A DNA stretch of 64,000 bases, taken from NCBI GenBank assembly GCA_964016885.1, contig OZ024741.1, positions 80,042,001 to 80,106,000 of the forward strand, read 5' to 3'. Below the pieces are notes generated by a model. That model was not told where the DNA came from. It did not search any database and worked only from the letters and a program-made list of their open reading frames with translations. Of the stretch, positions 1 to 14,705 are shown in pieces (positions within the stretch are counted from its first letter, which is position 1; each line of letters begins with the position of its first letter). The translations under genes were made by a program, and so were the position numbers. The DNA is from Eledone cirrhosa. Lineage: Eukaryota.

Positions 1-794
1 ACCAATTGAATATCTGTTGGTCAATATCTTCAGAGAAAAGAAACATGGGTTGAGAAGAAACCTAGAGTCTTGTTTAAATGGTGCAACAGATTGAACATGA
101 AGAACCTCATTAAGGTGTTATACAAGGTGACATGTTATGACTGTCACAAAAATGATGCTAATGGTGTACATTCTTCGCAAACGCTCGTTAAAGATGCAGT
201 AAGCTCATGAATACTAATAAGGTGCACGAAACACGTCTCGGATAAATAAGTAAAAAAAGAGAGATCCTTAGAAATAAAAAATATTACCATTGCCTATCAG
301 AAGAAATATTAGTGTAGAAGTAATCGATAATCACACGTGGTTTAGAGGGGTCAGTATGGAAGATACAAATAAAGTACCAGTTAGTGACTGGGTCTCACAA
401 ATGTATGGCCTTGTGCCTATATTAGAAACGATTATTGTAACATTCGCTAAAGTAAATGCAATTTATATTTATTCATTGTACTAGTTTCCTCGAGTTCTAC
501 TATTTCTTTCTATAGTTATCTTTCATCCTGGAGGAAAGTACTTTATACTAGTGTCTTCGTTGATCTAGCACTAAATACAATACAATTGCTGAACTCAATA
601 TATGTAGTTGGCCCAATATCAAAAAACCCAATCTTTTACTTTTTCTATATACATACTAATAAATAAATCATCTTATATATATGTATATATATATATGTGT
701 GTGTGTGTGTGTATGATCAATCGCGAAACGCGCGTCACACCTGAATAAACTTAATGAAAATTTGACACCTCGTCCAAACTTATTAATATATATG

Positions 795-945
795 ACGCAT
801 AGAGTTACGGCCCTTTCCATTCTGAGTTCAAATTCCGCCGAGGTTAACTTTGCCTCTCATCCTTACGGGGTCGATAAAATAAAGTACCAGTAATGCACTG
901 GGATAATTGCTGGCCTTGTGCCAAAAGTAGAAACAATTATTAATA
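795..945 (+). mobile_element. tRNA-derived SINE, 5'-truncated copy (main family of the window)
   Basis: Matches the family consensus ...GAGTTCAAAT(T/C)CCGCCGAGGTTAACTTTGCCTTTCATCCTTACGGGGTCGATAAAATAAAGTACCAGTAATGCACTGGGATAATTGCTGGCCTTGTGCCAAAAGTAGAAACAATTATT, with a B-box-like GAGTTCAAAT. Confidence 0.85.
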
Positions 946-1519
946 TATATGTGTGTGTGTGTGTGCGCGCGCGCGCCTGTGTATGTATGTATGCATGCAT
1001 ATCATATATATGCCATTAACTGTCTGAGCAAGACTTTGCAGTTGTAGCTCGGAATTGTATTTATGAGTAAGAGATGTCTTTTGCTGCCAATTTACACAAA
1101 GGAAACTTCTATCAAAACAGTTAATTTACTTAATTAACTTTTTGTTGTTTTATTTGTTTTTGTGTTGCTATTGTCTCTGTATTTGTTTTTGTGTTGTTGT
1201 TGTCTCTGTGCGTGTGTGTGGTTGTACGTAGTTTAGTATATCGTTGTGTGTAGTTATGTATGTGTGTATGTGTATGTTATTGTATAAGAGCCAACTTACT
1301 ATTACTAATTGATGAGCATTTTTTATTCTACTTCCTTTCTTCTTTTATTTTTCTGTTTAATTCTTGTTTGTATTATTATTGTTATTGTTTGTGTCTGAAC
1401 GATGCGCCACACTTGTTTACGCTCCGTAAGTTTTGTTTGTGTACATTCATTTATATTAGTATTTTGTTTGAAAATTTTGTTACAAAGTGACCTTGGGCCC
1501 AAATATATGAACTTTAAAT

Positions 1520-2045
1520 TTGAAAATGTGCTATAAAATTTTTTTGAAAAAAAAAATGGAGGCTACACCCTACCCCACCCTCGCTAACTCCTGCCAAAGC
1601 GGGAAAATTCTTGAAAAAAGCGTGCGTCACGAAAGTGATTCAGACGGTGCTCTGAAGAAAAACAACAACAATGTCACCGCCACCACCACCACCAGTACAG
1701 ACATCACCAACAACGCTCCCGCCGCCAGCAAAAGCGGCAGCAGCGGCAGCAGTGGCAGCAGCGGCAGCAGTGGCAGCAGCGACAGCAGCGACAGCAGCCG
1801 CAGCAGCGACAGCAGCGACAGCAGTGACAGCAGCGACGGCAACAAGAACTACGGGAGTTACAGCAGAAGCAATGGCTTCAACAACAGCAACAGCAACAAC
1901 AATGACAACACCAATAACAGCAGCAACGTGAACAACAAGATTACGTTTGCATCCACAGCTGCAAAAGCTCAAACTTTATACAACTTTGACTAAACTGAAA
2001 AGAAAGAACGTTTGGCCCAGGCGGAAAAAATCGTGAGCAGAGAAA
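1520..2045 (+). pseudogene. Probable orphan 5' fragment (ORF1 N-terminus) of a Tx1/L1-like LINE, with a CAG/AGC low-complexity tract
   Basis: Reading through the stop gives KITFASTAAKAQTLYNFD*TEKKERLAQAEKIV. This resembles KATFAQTTKKSIIYTPIDLTAAREKLAEAKKHIV in ORF1 of the Tx1 element at 36127-36396. Confidence 0.45.
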
Positions 2046-2169
2046 AAACTTGAACTTCTGTTATTATAAAGCCTGTTTGTTTCTCTTTAATTCCAGTTTG
2101 CCGTACTTCTTTCAGTCATTTAACATTTCTGTTTAAATTATTCAGTATATGGTATGTCATCATTATTGT

Positions 2170-2465
2170 TCTTTGCCTTTCATCCTTACGGGGTCGATAA
2201 AATAAAGTACCAGTAATACACTGAGATAATTGCTGGCCTTGTACCAAAAGTAGAAACAATTATTGTTAAGAGCGGTGGATTGGCAGTATCGGTAGAGGGC
2301 CAGACGCCATGCTTTGCGGTATAGAGTTACGGTCCTTTATGTTCTGAGTTCAAATTCTGCCGAGGTTAACTTTGCCTTTCATCCTTACGGGGTCGATGTA
2401 ATAAAGTACCAGTAATGCACTGCGATAATTGCTGACCTTGTGCCAAAAGTAGAATCAATTATTGT
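2170..2465 (+). mobile_element. Two tandem SINE copies (3' half plus full length)
   Basis: The full copy starts GCGGTGGATTGGCAGTATCGGTAGAG (A-box-like TGGCAGTATCGG), has a B-box-like GAGTTCAAAT, and ends AGTAGAATCAATTATT. Confidence 0.9.
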
Positions 2466-3519
2466 TATGGACGCCACTTAGTTTGAAATACTTTGATTCT
2501 GTTGATCTTAGAAATTTTAAGCAACACTTTGAAAAACAAAGAAGAAGAGGCGCACTTATGGGAATCGCACCACATATATATTACTTTCCAAGCGACATTA
2601 CCGAGTACCAGCTATGCTCCTTTTTTCTCTCTCAAATTATGTACAATAAATTATTTCTGCTATTTGAATTGTACTATGTACTTCGTCTCCAAATGTACCT
2701 CATTTCGTTAATAAATCTCGTCAGTTACTTGGCGCTAGCAGAATAGGTAATTCTTCTAATGTTCATATGTTGGACTAAAATAACAAAAAAAAGTCTTCAT
2801 ATTACTTGATATGATTGTAACATTTATTACTAACTTGCATTTCACTGCACCTGCCTATTATCCAGAGGACATTCTAGACAATCGTATTACGCTTGTCTAT
2901 GTTGTTATCAAGAAAAAAATTCACTTAATACATCACAAAGGATATGAATTAACCGATATATCTACTAAATCCAATAGTTCTAACAGAGAAGAGGGATGGA
3001 GAAATGAGAGGGAGGAAAATAAAAGGAAAGGGGAAGGGACAGAGAGAGCATGCATACTTTTAATGTAAAACTGCAACACTCTTTGAAGTTATCTGCCAAC
3101 ATTTTTCATACAAGCATTAATCTACATTCTTTCACACTGATACTCATCCGTATACTCCTCACCAGTTGTCTTACTCCCACAGACACCGTCCCTCCTTCCA
3201 TATCTGAATGAAAATGGAAATATAAATAAATTCGATAAGACTTCTCACTATTTGGATAATTTTAAATATTTTATTACTTTATGTTTGCATAAATTCATAT
3301 ATTTATCTTTGTGTTAGATCAATTCTAAATTAGTATCGTACTTTCCGTACAATTTTGCGTTTATCGAGAGAAACACGCCGTCTTCGCTTTTCAATCTAGT
3401 ATCTGGATAATGGTGGCCTTGTAAATCCGAGATGTGACGCCATTAGATCCCCTAGGCTTTCAGTTCTTCTATGTCACCTATATTCCTGGTGCCCATATCT
3501 GATTATATAATTCATAATT

Positions 3520-3703
3520 GTTTTTACTTTAGGCACAAGGCCAGCAATTACCCAGTGCATTACTGGTACTTTATTTTATCGACCCCGTAAGGATGAAAGG
3601 CAAAGTCAACCTCGGCGGGATTTGAACTCAGATCGTAAAGGGACGTAACTATGCTGGAAAGCATGGCGTCCGACCCTCTACCGATACTGCCAATCCACCG
3701 CCC
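3520..3703 (-). mobile_element. Full-length SINE with a long target-site duplication
   Basis: Reverse-complement family consensus flanked on both sides by GATTATATAATTCATAAT (about 3501 and about 3707). Confidence 0.9.
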
Positions 3704-4354
3704 TCGATTATATAATTCATAATATTGAGTATCTTGCAGTAATATACTCAATTGTGACACAATGCTCTTCTCGTAATTTGAATTATTGCTAGTCCTGGTA
3801 ACCATTGAAACGTGTGTATAAAGATTAGGTGACGAATTGGCAGAACCGTTAGAGCGTCGAATAGAATAGATTGCGTTATTTTTTCCGACTCAGTGCGCTC
3901 TGAATGCAAATCCTTCCGAATACAACTTTGCCTTTCATACTTCCAGGGTCCATGTTTGAAGTACCAGTTAAGTACTGGGTCGATCATTCTCTCGCACACA
4001 CACACACATACATACACACATACATACACACACACATACACATTACAGCTGTAATCATCCAGTATTTCTTTTTTTGCAGTATCACATTATCCAAAGTGCT
4101 ATTCTTTTCTAAGACAACATGGTGTGGTTTGATGGAGGTCTGTCTGCTATTTTTAGCAAGGTGAGCGATCATATAGGGGCAACTTGTTAAATATTTGCTT
4201 TCCCTGCACGCAGTTTTTCTACAGACATTCGCATATACAAACATTCAAGCAAGTCAACTAATCACATAAATCCTTTCTATCCTAGAAGAATCTGCAAAGA
4301 TCATGACCTATTTCACCTCCTTTGCATCATATTAAATAATTCTTTCTAGCAATA

Positions 4355-4572
4355 ATTGTTTCTACTTTTGGCACAAGGCCAACAATTAGAAGGGAGTGAG
4401 GAAGTCGATTAAGTCGACCCCAGTGCGTTACTGGTACGTTATTTTATAGACCCTGTAAGAATGAAAGGCAAAGCTAACCTCGGCGGGATTTGAACTCCGA
4501 ACGTAAAGAGCAGGTGCAAATCCCACAAAGCATTTTGCACAACGCACTAACAATTCTACCAATCCACCACCC
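4355..4572 (-). mobile_element. SINE, older/longer subfamily
   Basis: Same head and tail as the main family, plus an internal GGGGTCGACTTAATCGAC segment. Confidence 0.8.
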
Positions 4573-5399
4573 TTCACCTCATATTAAATGATAATACAAA
4601 AATAAGTTTATACACATAAGCCACATATCCATTTTTATTATTAAATAATACGAAAATATATTATTTTATAATAAATTTTCTAATCACAAGTGTAATCTTA
4701 ATCCTTTTGTTTGTGATAAATGTTTTATTCAGTTTCAAATTTGGGGAAGATCCATGCTAAATATTGTTTATCTTTTTTCCTTACTTCCTTGCTTATATTT
4801 TCATATTTAAATCAATTTACAATCAACTAAATATGAGTTGTATTTTATTACAGCAATATAGAATAATTACATATATTAACTTATTTCAATAAGTTCAACC
4901 TTTAAGCACAAAGCTGATTGCTCCTATCATATTTGTTTTGAAATTTTTTTCTTTATTCACTTGAGAATATTGAAATCTATCTAGTTTATTGATTTCTTCG
5001 TTGACATTGAATTAACTCGTTTAAGCTTTCTTTCTTTATCTTAGAAGTCATTGATTTTCATGGAGTTTCATCTTTCTCAAGTGCTTTTGGTATATGTGAT
5101 ACATTTGGTATATCTTGGGGCCCGTTGTCATAGTAGGCGATAAATTAGCGGAAGCGTTAGATCGACGAAAGAAATATATTGTGTTATTTATTCCGGTTCC
5201 TTGGATTCGGAGTTCAAATCCCACCGAAATCGTTTTTTCTTTTCGTTCTTTCATGGTCGATGAATAAAGTACCAAGCTATGGTGGTGCACAGGCGGAATT
5301 GTTGAAGCATTAGGTAAGACAAGACACCTTGTGTTATTTGTTCCAGCTCTCCATATTCTAAGTTCAAATCGTACCATAATCTACTTGGCTGGTTGACTT

Positions 5400-7770
5400 G
5401 AAAAGAGTTTAACACCACCATCTGGCCTCTGGCTACCTTTAGTGGAGAATTCTCTGTTACAAGCATTCAAGCATTCAAGCGGGATTCTTCTTCCTTCCCC
5501 CCTACCAGTCTCAGAGACCCTGAAAAATCTCGGGGCCATTGCAATTCCTTTTGACGACACTCCATCCGCGCCCCCAAAAAATTATATTCCTGCTAAATAT
5601 ATATCACACAGTTATCACTCATCATGATCATATGAGCATATATCAGTCATATACAGGTGAGTGTTGATTTGAATGCATTCTGTCCTGCATATCATGTTAG
5701 TTAGGGACATTAGTGCCAGACCGAAGAGTAGTGGGAAAAAATGTCCACCTTGTAATATTTTTTTTCTGATAGGCAGTAGTAATGTATTTATATCTATGGT
5801 TCGCTTTTTTGTTACGTATTTACCCAAGATATGTATCATGCATCTGATTATTAGTATTAGTTCCATATTATTCATGACACGTATTTCTAGAATAAGCAAA
5901 TAGCGTAAGCAAATAGCTTCAAATCATTTATGTAGAACAAGTGATTTATAGTTTCATAAAACCGGTGATAAAGAGTCTCCTTGAAAAATGCCACAAGTAT
6001 TCTCCAGTACTTAGATATTTGTTTTCACTGTTCAAAATTAGTATTATTTTCCGATTTCATACTGAATGGCAAGAACTTTCTGATAATGTGAAATATTTTG
6101 AAAATCTCTAAACACTTTTCAATCCAACTGTGTTGTAAACTATCAAATACATTTTTTTTAATCTACCCAAGAAATTGTGTCTGTTATCATAATTTTACAG
6201 AATCATTTTGTTACTCAAAAGTTGATCTTTACAACCGTGTGATCCCGTTTACATATTTCCTGCTCAGTGAGAAATAGTTTATTTGATATCAGGTGATCAT
6301 ATGTGTATTCAGTTAGAATTGATGTTAAGATGTTATACATTGTAGTCAAGCAAGTTATCGATCTGTAATTTTTTGGATTATTTGTTTCATAACTCTACGG
6401 AAGCAAGAATGTGGTGTCGTGAGGGCCTTGTCAATTTCATGATAAAGTTGGACTATGAGCTCGTGAGACTCCGTGAAGGCATTTAAACAAAATCATTGGT
6501 ATTTTGTCTTTTCCTGGAGATTTCTATTTGCTAGATATTTCTAAGAGCTGAACGCAGATGTTTAAATGTTATCTATTCCCATGTTTGTTCTTCAAGGTGA
6601 GTTGTATCTGTCAGTTGTCTGTCTATCCATGTCTTTACATTATGAACTTTCTCTTCGGTCCAGATTTTTCTCCGGGATTCTTGGACTTCTTCCTTGGATG
6701 GTATTGATTTAAATATATATATATATATATTATTGTCTTGAAACGTTTCCCAGAGCGCCTTACACTAGTTTAACATGTTCATCTATTTGGCAATTTGCTA
6801 AAATTTCAGTCAGATCGGAGAAGGTTTATTTGCCGATTGATATTCTCTTGCCAAGTAGGTTTTTGTGAATATTCTTTTGCTTTTTTCGTTTTCCCTCCAC
6901 ATAAATGAGTGGTGACTTTAGCCGATGCATAATAAGGATGATTTAATTCAGTGATATTTAAGGTATTTGTGGCGATAATGTCTTTGAGAGCAATGCGAGT
7001 CTTAAGTATTATCCTCTGCTTTTGTTTGGAATGTTGGATCTTAAGGAGGTTACCTCAATCATCCACATCATTTTCCTTCGTTTTCATCCTCTCAATCATA
7101 ATTTCATTCTTCAAATCAGCAAGTCCATTAGCATTCCTTTCTTCTTCATTGATATTCTCTTCGTTGCTTTCAGTTTGAGTTTCATCTCGATCCTGTGATC
7201 TTCTCACTCGTTCAATCTTTCCATTAATTTGTTCTGCTGTCAGTGATTCTACTACCACACTGAACTCAAAGGTATTGCAAATTGCTTCGTTTTCAATTAC
7301 TCAAATCTCATTTTACTTCGTTGACTTTGTGCTGATTGCCTGGCCTGATCAACTTCTACGTCAGTTAGCAACTTCTTTTTAATGATGTTTCTTCAGATAT
7401 TAGCCAGTTTGTTACTGTCAATATACGGTCTGTTTTCTGGGTATTTCTTTCCCCAGTTGGTATATGCTTGTTCTGTATTCGATATATTTAATGGGAAATA
7501 CAAGGCAGTGTAGAAGACCTCAAGGATTTCTTTATTGTCTTCCCTTGAACATTTTTGATTGACCTCTTGACCATTTTTCTCTTTTTCTTTTGATTTCATG
7601 GTGGTGAGCATGGAGGGCCATTAGTTGGAGTATTCATTTTATGGGAGGTCTCTGGCTCCTAGATGATGGGAAGATTTGAACCTCTAAGCTGACTTTTAGA
7701 CCCCGACTGGTTCTTCTGGGTGATGGGAACCTTGGGAATTCTTGGCCTTGAGGTATTATTATTATCATTA
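5400..7770 (-). mobile_element. Degenerate, internally deleted R4/Dong-like non-LTR retrotransposon
   Basis: Minus-strand peptides PKNYRSITCLTTMYNILTS (about 6320-6377), GIFQGDSLSP (about 5962-5992) and N-terminal YPENRPYIDSNKLANI. Many stops and frameshifts. The 5' end abuts an AAT/AAC repeat (7755-7815). Boundaries are approximate. Confidence 0.75.
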
Positions 7771-7816
7771 TTATTGTCATTATTATTATCATTGTTGTTG
7801 TTGTTGTTGTTGTTTG

Positions 7817-8485
7817 GGCAGTCGATTAGCAGTATCGGTAGAGCGCCAGATAACATGCTTTGCAGCATAGAGTTACGGCCCTTTACGTTCTGAGTTCAAA
7901 TCACGCCGACGTTAGCTTTGCCTTTCATCCTTACCGGGTTGATAAAATGAAGTACCAGTAATGCACTGGGGTCGATTTAATCGACGTTCTCCAGCCCTTC
8001 AAATTGCTGACTATGTGCCTACATCAGAAATCATTATTATTATACAAATTCGGTTATACAAATTATTATACAAGGGCGGTGGATTGGCAGTATCGGTAGA
8101 GGGTCGGACGCCATGCTTTGCAGCACAGTTACGTCCCTTTACGGACTGAGTTCAAATCCCGCCGAGGTTAACTTTGCCTTTCATCCTTACGGGGTCGATA
8201 AAATAAAGTACCAGTAATACACTGGGATAATTGCTGGCCTTGTGCCAAAAGTAGAAACAATTATTACTATACAAATTCAAAAGGGCGGTAGATTGGCAGA
8301 ATCGTTAGAGCGTTGATTAAAATGCTTTCCAGTATTTAGCTATGGCCCTTTACATTTTTAGTACAAATCTCACCGAGCTCAACTTTGCCTTTCGTCCTCG
8401 CGGGGTAAAATAAAGTTCCTGTCAAGCACTAGGGTCTATATAACCGACTTTCTCTTCGCCTAAATTGCTGACCTAGTGTCAAAGT
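7817..8485 (+). mobile_element. Cluster of three head-to-tail SINE copies (about 7817-8035, 8075-8265, 8282-8485)
   Basis: Three successive matches to the SINE consensus. Confidence 0.85.
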
Positions 8486-8768
8486 CATTGATATGCAAAC
8501 TCTAATTTGTAACTTCTCTCCCCACTATCCTAGTAATAAAGATTACTTGTTTTCATTTATTCCTGAAATGAGCTTCTAATCACAGATTTGGCTTACATTT
8601 TCGAACGACATCAAATCTGGAAACTATCCAAACCCAAACAAAGCTTAATTTCATAATTTTGCAAACACCTTTTACCTAATTTGTCAGAATAAGCGCCAGC
8701 ATTATCATATTAACTGGCAATTTGCCATTTCAAGTGTGTTAGCTGTTTTATTAACGTACGTCACAGTT

Positions 8769-9088
<320 letters not shown>

Positions 9089-9343
9089 ATGAGTCCTAAG
9101 AGATTATTTATTCAGTTTTGTAATAGCGTATATTATTACATTTTGTAATAATATATTTTATTGTTATTACAAAACAATTTCAAAGTAAAAGTAACTGCAA
9201 CGGTGTGTCGGTATTTTGAATCGCTGCATGTCTACCAAAATATAATTGTTATAATTCCAACATGTGGTCTTGGATCTAATCAATTTTCAAATATATTCAA
9301 CTCAATAATATATATGTGTCTGCGTAGAGATGGTCTACGCGCA

Positions 9344-9433
<90 letters not shown>

Positions 9434-11305
9434 TATAATATATGCATTAAAATTTAAAGAAACTAGTGATGTTCTACTTCGACAAAATGTAACACTCATT
9501 GTAAATCAGTGAAATATATTGTATGCCGGGAAGAAGAGGAGTATTGTATTTTATCTGGAAAGTCGCTACGGTTCAGAACATTATTGCTGGCCTTGTGCTA
9601 ACATTAGAAATCAATTATATACAAACTGTCCACCAGATCGTAAGATTAGATTTAAAATCATTGCGTAGTAACTTATGGTCGAAACAAGTAATCTATTTAA
9701 ATTATACATTGGCTTTGATGTGGATACGTTCAAATTACGATGCAACCACCATTCTTACACGTTTCGTATTCAAAATAGAAGCAAGGACACTTTCCATTCG
9801 AATTTTATTTGAAGTTTAAAATCAAAGAAATACAAACTACACCCTAAAAAAGGCAATATTCTCCTTTTCTAAAACTAATACTAACAAAAATGTCAACTGT
9901 CTACAACAGATAATTTTTAAATCCCATTTGCTAAGACATATTTTCTACCTTTTTGTACCCATTCACTTATTCTTCAATTTCTTGTTTGACTGACAATTGT
10001 AAAAAAAAAAAAAGCATCTGCCTATATACTTTTCTCCTCTTTCTCATGTTATAAAATGTGTTCCACTGCTTGAATTTATAATATTATATGCCGACATAAA
10101 GCAACACAAGTTTCCTCAGTTTCAGCTGTTTTACTACATATATTAAACTTGATATCAAATTACTCTCGATCATATAATTCTAAATTAACCCTAATATCAC
10201 ACCAACAATTTCCAAAATACTCATTTGAATTGTTTGTAATAAGCTTTAAACTTAGTCCAACAACCCTACATTAATTCATAGTATTCTACAATAAAATTCA
10301 TCGCTACTTGCACCTTACACCCGTTTTCCACCAAAACACGAGCTATCTGTTTCATGTGATTCGATTCGTCATATACTCCAAAAATATATATATAATTACT
10401 TTATTCCCTTCTCTATATCGCACACCGCAACCCGTTTACCTTGTACTATAAAACAAAACACTCCAACAACAATCACCATTTTACCTCACTAAGTAATTCT
10501 AATTCCCTAGCTTATAACATGAAAATCACATTATTATTATCTATCTTATACCTTGCAATATATTCGTGAACATTACATTAACTTACCTACATAATTCCAC
10601 TTCAGTACCTACTCATTTACTCTCCCACTTCACATATTTAATATTAATTCATGTTTCCTTCATTTCTCACTTACTTCGCCACTGTTACACAACATCTAAC
10701 CTAAGGGACAACTTTTTGGCAATTAACCTTCAATCAACCATTAGGAAACACATATATATCTACCGAGTATTCTACATTAAATATTCAAATGTTAATTAAA
10801 TAATCAATATAATATATATTATCCTATAATATGTGTTCCCTGACTTCACATTTAACTTATTCTTTGGTTGCAAAATACCTTTTCGTAAATGTAAAATCTA
10901 TTTATTAATTTACTGACAACAACTAGAAAGCGTTACATATTAATATAAATATAATTATACTATAAGTGACATCCAACTACAAACCTCTATTATACATTAT
11001 TAAATAGCTTCTATACCTTTTTATATTAGACAGTTACATCTTTACCACGATAAAGATCACGTTTAGCACACAACAAAAATAATATATATATTACAAATTA
11101 GACAATTCCTATATAACCATTTGCCCCACAGAAACGTTTACTGGTTTTACGTACGCGACATGTTTTAGAACACAATTTTAATAATTATACAGATTCAGTA
11201 CTAAAGTAGTGATATGTATTTTATCTTTGTTATAAAGCTACACCAGTGACTCAAGAGACTGATGATTGGTGCTTAAGGGTTCTTATGAAAGTTGATACGT
11301 ACTCT

Positions 11306-11622
<317 letters not shown>

Positions 11623-12712
11623 ATATATATAATTAAAAAGAAATTATGCTCGATATATTAACCTGAGCGGTTAATATATCGAGCTTCTTCGAATTTGGTA
11701 AGAAAGTGGTATTATACCTAATTTATTCATCTCCTATATATATATATATATATATATACACATTCATTTATTATGGCTATTGGTTAGCTTTGTTACTCAA
11801 AAGATTCACCTGTGCACTCGCAGGATCACCAGTCTTGTCCGGTGAGTACGCAGGTGAGATTCGAAAGTATCAAGGCTTAGCTATAATAAATAAATATTTA
11901 AACTCTACTTCGGTATTGAGTTTTCATTCTTAGATCCGTCAATAATTTACTTACTCTCAGGTCTTGAATAATTGTCCCCACCCACCGCTTGTAAATTTTG
12001 TCAGATTTTTTCACAAACACTACACCGGTCGTTATTCCAGCCCGACCCCTCACCCGCTTATTAAATTTTGCTCATCTATCTCCGGTGAAATGTTATTGTA
12101 AGTGATTCATATAGATGCAGCAGCTGCAGAATCTAATAATTTTATTTTACATTAAAAGACATTATATACGACAAAAGAAGAACATTACAAGACATCCCAT
12201 ATTTACGAACGTACACTATACAATTACTGATTTCACAAGACCACACCACGACCGCCACCACCATTGTTGCCACCCCTCCTATTTTCTGGGACCCATGAGA
12301 GCCACCAAACTCTCCTCCTCTCTATGACTATCACACAATATTCTGTTTTACTCCCCCTCTCTGTATCTACTAAAACTAAACTCTACCCCTCTCTATATCT
12401 AACACAATATCGCCTCTCTTATCTCACTCCCTATATCTAAGACACTCTCTCACTCTCTATAGATATCTACACTTATCTCTCCCAATACCCCTATGTATAT
12501 CAATCACCCCTAAACTCTCACCCTCTCTATATCTACTACATGGCACTCTCTCATTACCCCTCGCTGTATACCTACTACCACCAAATTCACCCCCTCTCAA
12601 TATCTACTACACAGTGCTCTCTTACAATCCCCCTTTCTATATCAATTAACGCCAAAATCTCCCCCTCTCTATATCTACTACACGGAACTCCCTTCAGTAT
12701 ATATATATATAT

Positions 12713-12791
<79 letters not shown>
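12713..12791. repeat. (GA)n microsatellite
   Basis: Directly visible. Confidence 0.97.
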
Positions 12792-12794
<3 letters not shown>

Positions 12795-12971
12795 GAGAAA
12801 AACCACAACCTCTCCATCTCAATTCTACTTTTGAAAAGCACAAGAACTGCGAGGCCGGTAAAGGAACCAAATAAATATTTTCCAGTTGCATTTTTGATTT
12901 CATCTTTTTTCCTTATACTTTCACTCGTGTAGGACGTCTCGTTTTTTTTTTTCATTTTGTAAAAAAACCTC

Positions 12972-13029
<58 letters not shown>

Positions 13030-14705
13030 CGGCGATGAATTAGTTTAGCGAGGTTTTTTATATGAAATCGTGTGTCGAAACAGATATTGTTATACTTGGG
13101 GAGGGTCATATTTGCGTAATATTGCCAGAATTAATAACAGAACACACTCACTGTTTGGTTGGTTTTCGCTTCTCGCTGTCTTTTATATCTGCGATCTAAC
13201 TTACTCGGTCCTCAATGTTGCCATTGACTGACCGACGGTCAAAAATAATACAGATACAATATAGACACAAACACATATATATAGTTTACATAATTTACAT
13301 AAATCTTTCGTTGCACATCTGCAACATCGTCAGTGGTGTTATATTTTTTCCTCCTGTTGTGTTGTATGTCTACGCCATTTTTTTATTCGGTGTCTATATA
13401 TTTATTTATTTATTTGCTTGTTTGTTTATTTTATTTTATTTTGTCTTCTTTGCGCATGCGTTTGCGTGTGTGTATAGTGTTATGTGTGCTGTGTGACTAG
13501 TGTGTATAGTGTTGTGTCTGCTGGGTGACTAGTGTGTGTTTATGTGCTTGTTGTTATTGTGCTTGTGTATGTATTTATTTATCTTATTTTATTTTATTTT
13601 ATTTATTTACTTATTTATACTTCTCTTAGGTCAGTGTTGTTTGTTTGGGTGTTGTTGTTGTTCCACTCATTCTTTCTGTTTAGCTTTGGTCTTCTAATTT
13701 CTATTTCACTGGCCTCTCTGATTTGCCTATCTGCTGGGTCATTCCTATGTTTAGATATTATTCTAATTTCTATGTTGTCTATGTTACCGTCATGTTGTTG
13801 TCTAGCATGTTCGTATAGTACTGACCCGTTTTTTCGTCCTGACAGTGTTGGTCTATCCTTTCACCTATGCTACGAGCTGTCTCACCTATGTATGTTGTTG
13901 TCATGTTTCTGCAAGTACCCTCTGTACATCTTATGCTATAGACTACGTTTCTAGTTTTACAGTTTATCCGGGGGTTCACCTTACATATGATACATTCCCT
14001 ATTGGTACAGTGGGTTTTCTTAAAAGGGTAGGTTTTGCTGATCAGGGATTTTATGGTGGTTCCTGGCTTTTCTGCCACCTTTATTTTTAAGTGGGTCTTT
14101 CTCAGGGCCTTTCTACACTGGTTAGCTAATTTCCCTCCAGGGGTGGCGTCCACAAACATGACACTCTGATATCTCTGGTTGTCGTACCATGATGTGGCCT
14201 TCCCTACCTTATGTCTAGCCCTATCTAAACTATTCCATGATTTGCTCCTGTATAGTGGGAAAATTCCTTTCATGTCCAGTTCTATGAGGGTCTTATACTT
14301 TTCCATGGCTCCTTCGTATACTCTGACTCTGTCTCTTTGGTTGTAGCCAGAGAACTGCATGCGGTTGATGAAGTGTTGGATGTGTCTTTCCATTTCTGTT
14401 GGGTCGCACATGCTGGACACATTCTTCATCACTCGTACCAAATCTACGATCAGAATATTAAACATAGCACTACTGGACATTGCTGAGTTTTTGAGTATCA
14501 GGTATCTGGAGGCCATGGGTTTAGCATAGTGTGAGTGGAGAATTTGGGCTCTCTCGTCTATAGTGTTAATCCAGAGTTCTGTGTCTAATACAGGTAGTCT
14601 ATTGTTAGGGTGTTTGGAAGGGAAGTCGATAGTTACAGTTATACTCTGGTGTATGGAATTAGCTATCTGCTGGATGCTTTCCATCGTGCTACGTTCTAAA
14701 TCAAA
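13030..14705 (-). mobile_element. 5'-truncated Penelope-like element (RT thumb + GIY-YIG) with a 3' pseudo-LTR
   Basis: ORF 13779-14684 contains LPVLDTELW, HYAKPMAS, the linker CTNRECIICK and NVVYSIRC...YIGETARS. It is homologous to 17406-18296. The pLTR shares GAAACAGATATTGTTATACTT(T)GGGAGGGTCAT with 17003-17035. Confidence 0.92.
13297..13337 (-). ncRNA. Minimal type I hammerhead ribozyme motif (PLE pLTR)
   Basis: Minus strand CCA-CUGACGA-U-GUUGCA-gaug-UGCAAC-GAAA-G-au-UUA-UGU: intact core boxes, 6-bp stem II, weak stem I. Confidence 0.7.

Noticed and set aside
2270-2360. tRNA-like A/B boxes
   Set aside because: SINE heads; no complete cloverleaf, so not called tRNA genes.
9700-11200. A/C-skewed tract resembling an ancient PLE
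   Set aside because: No motif could be read with confidence.
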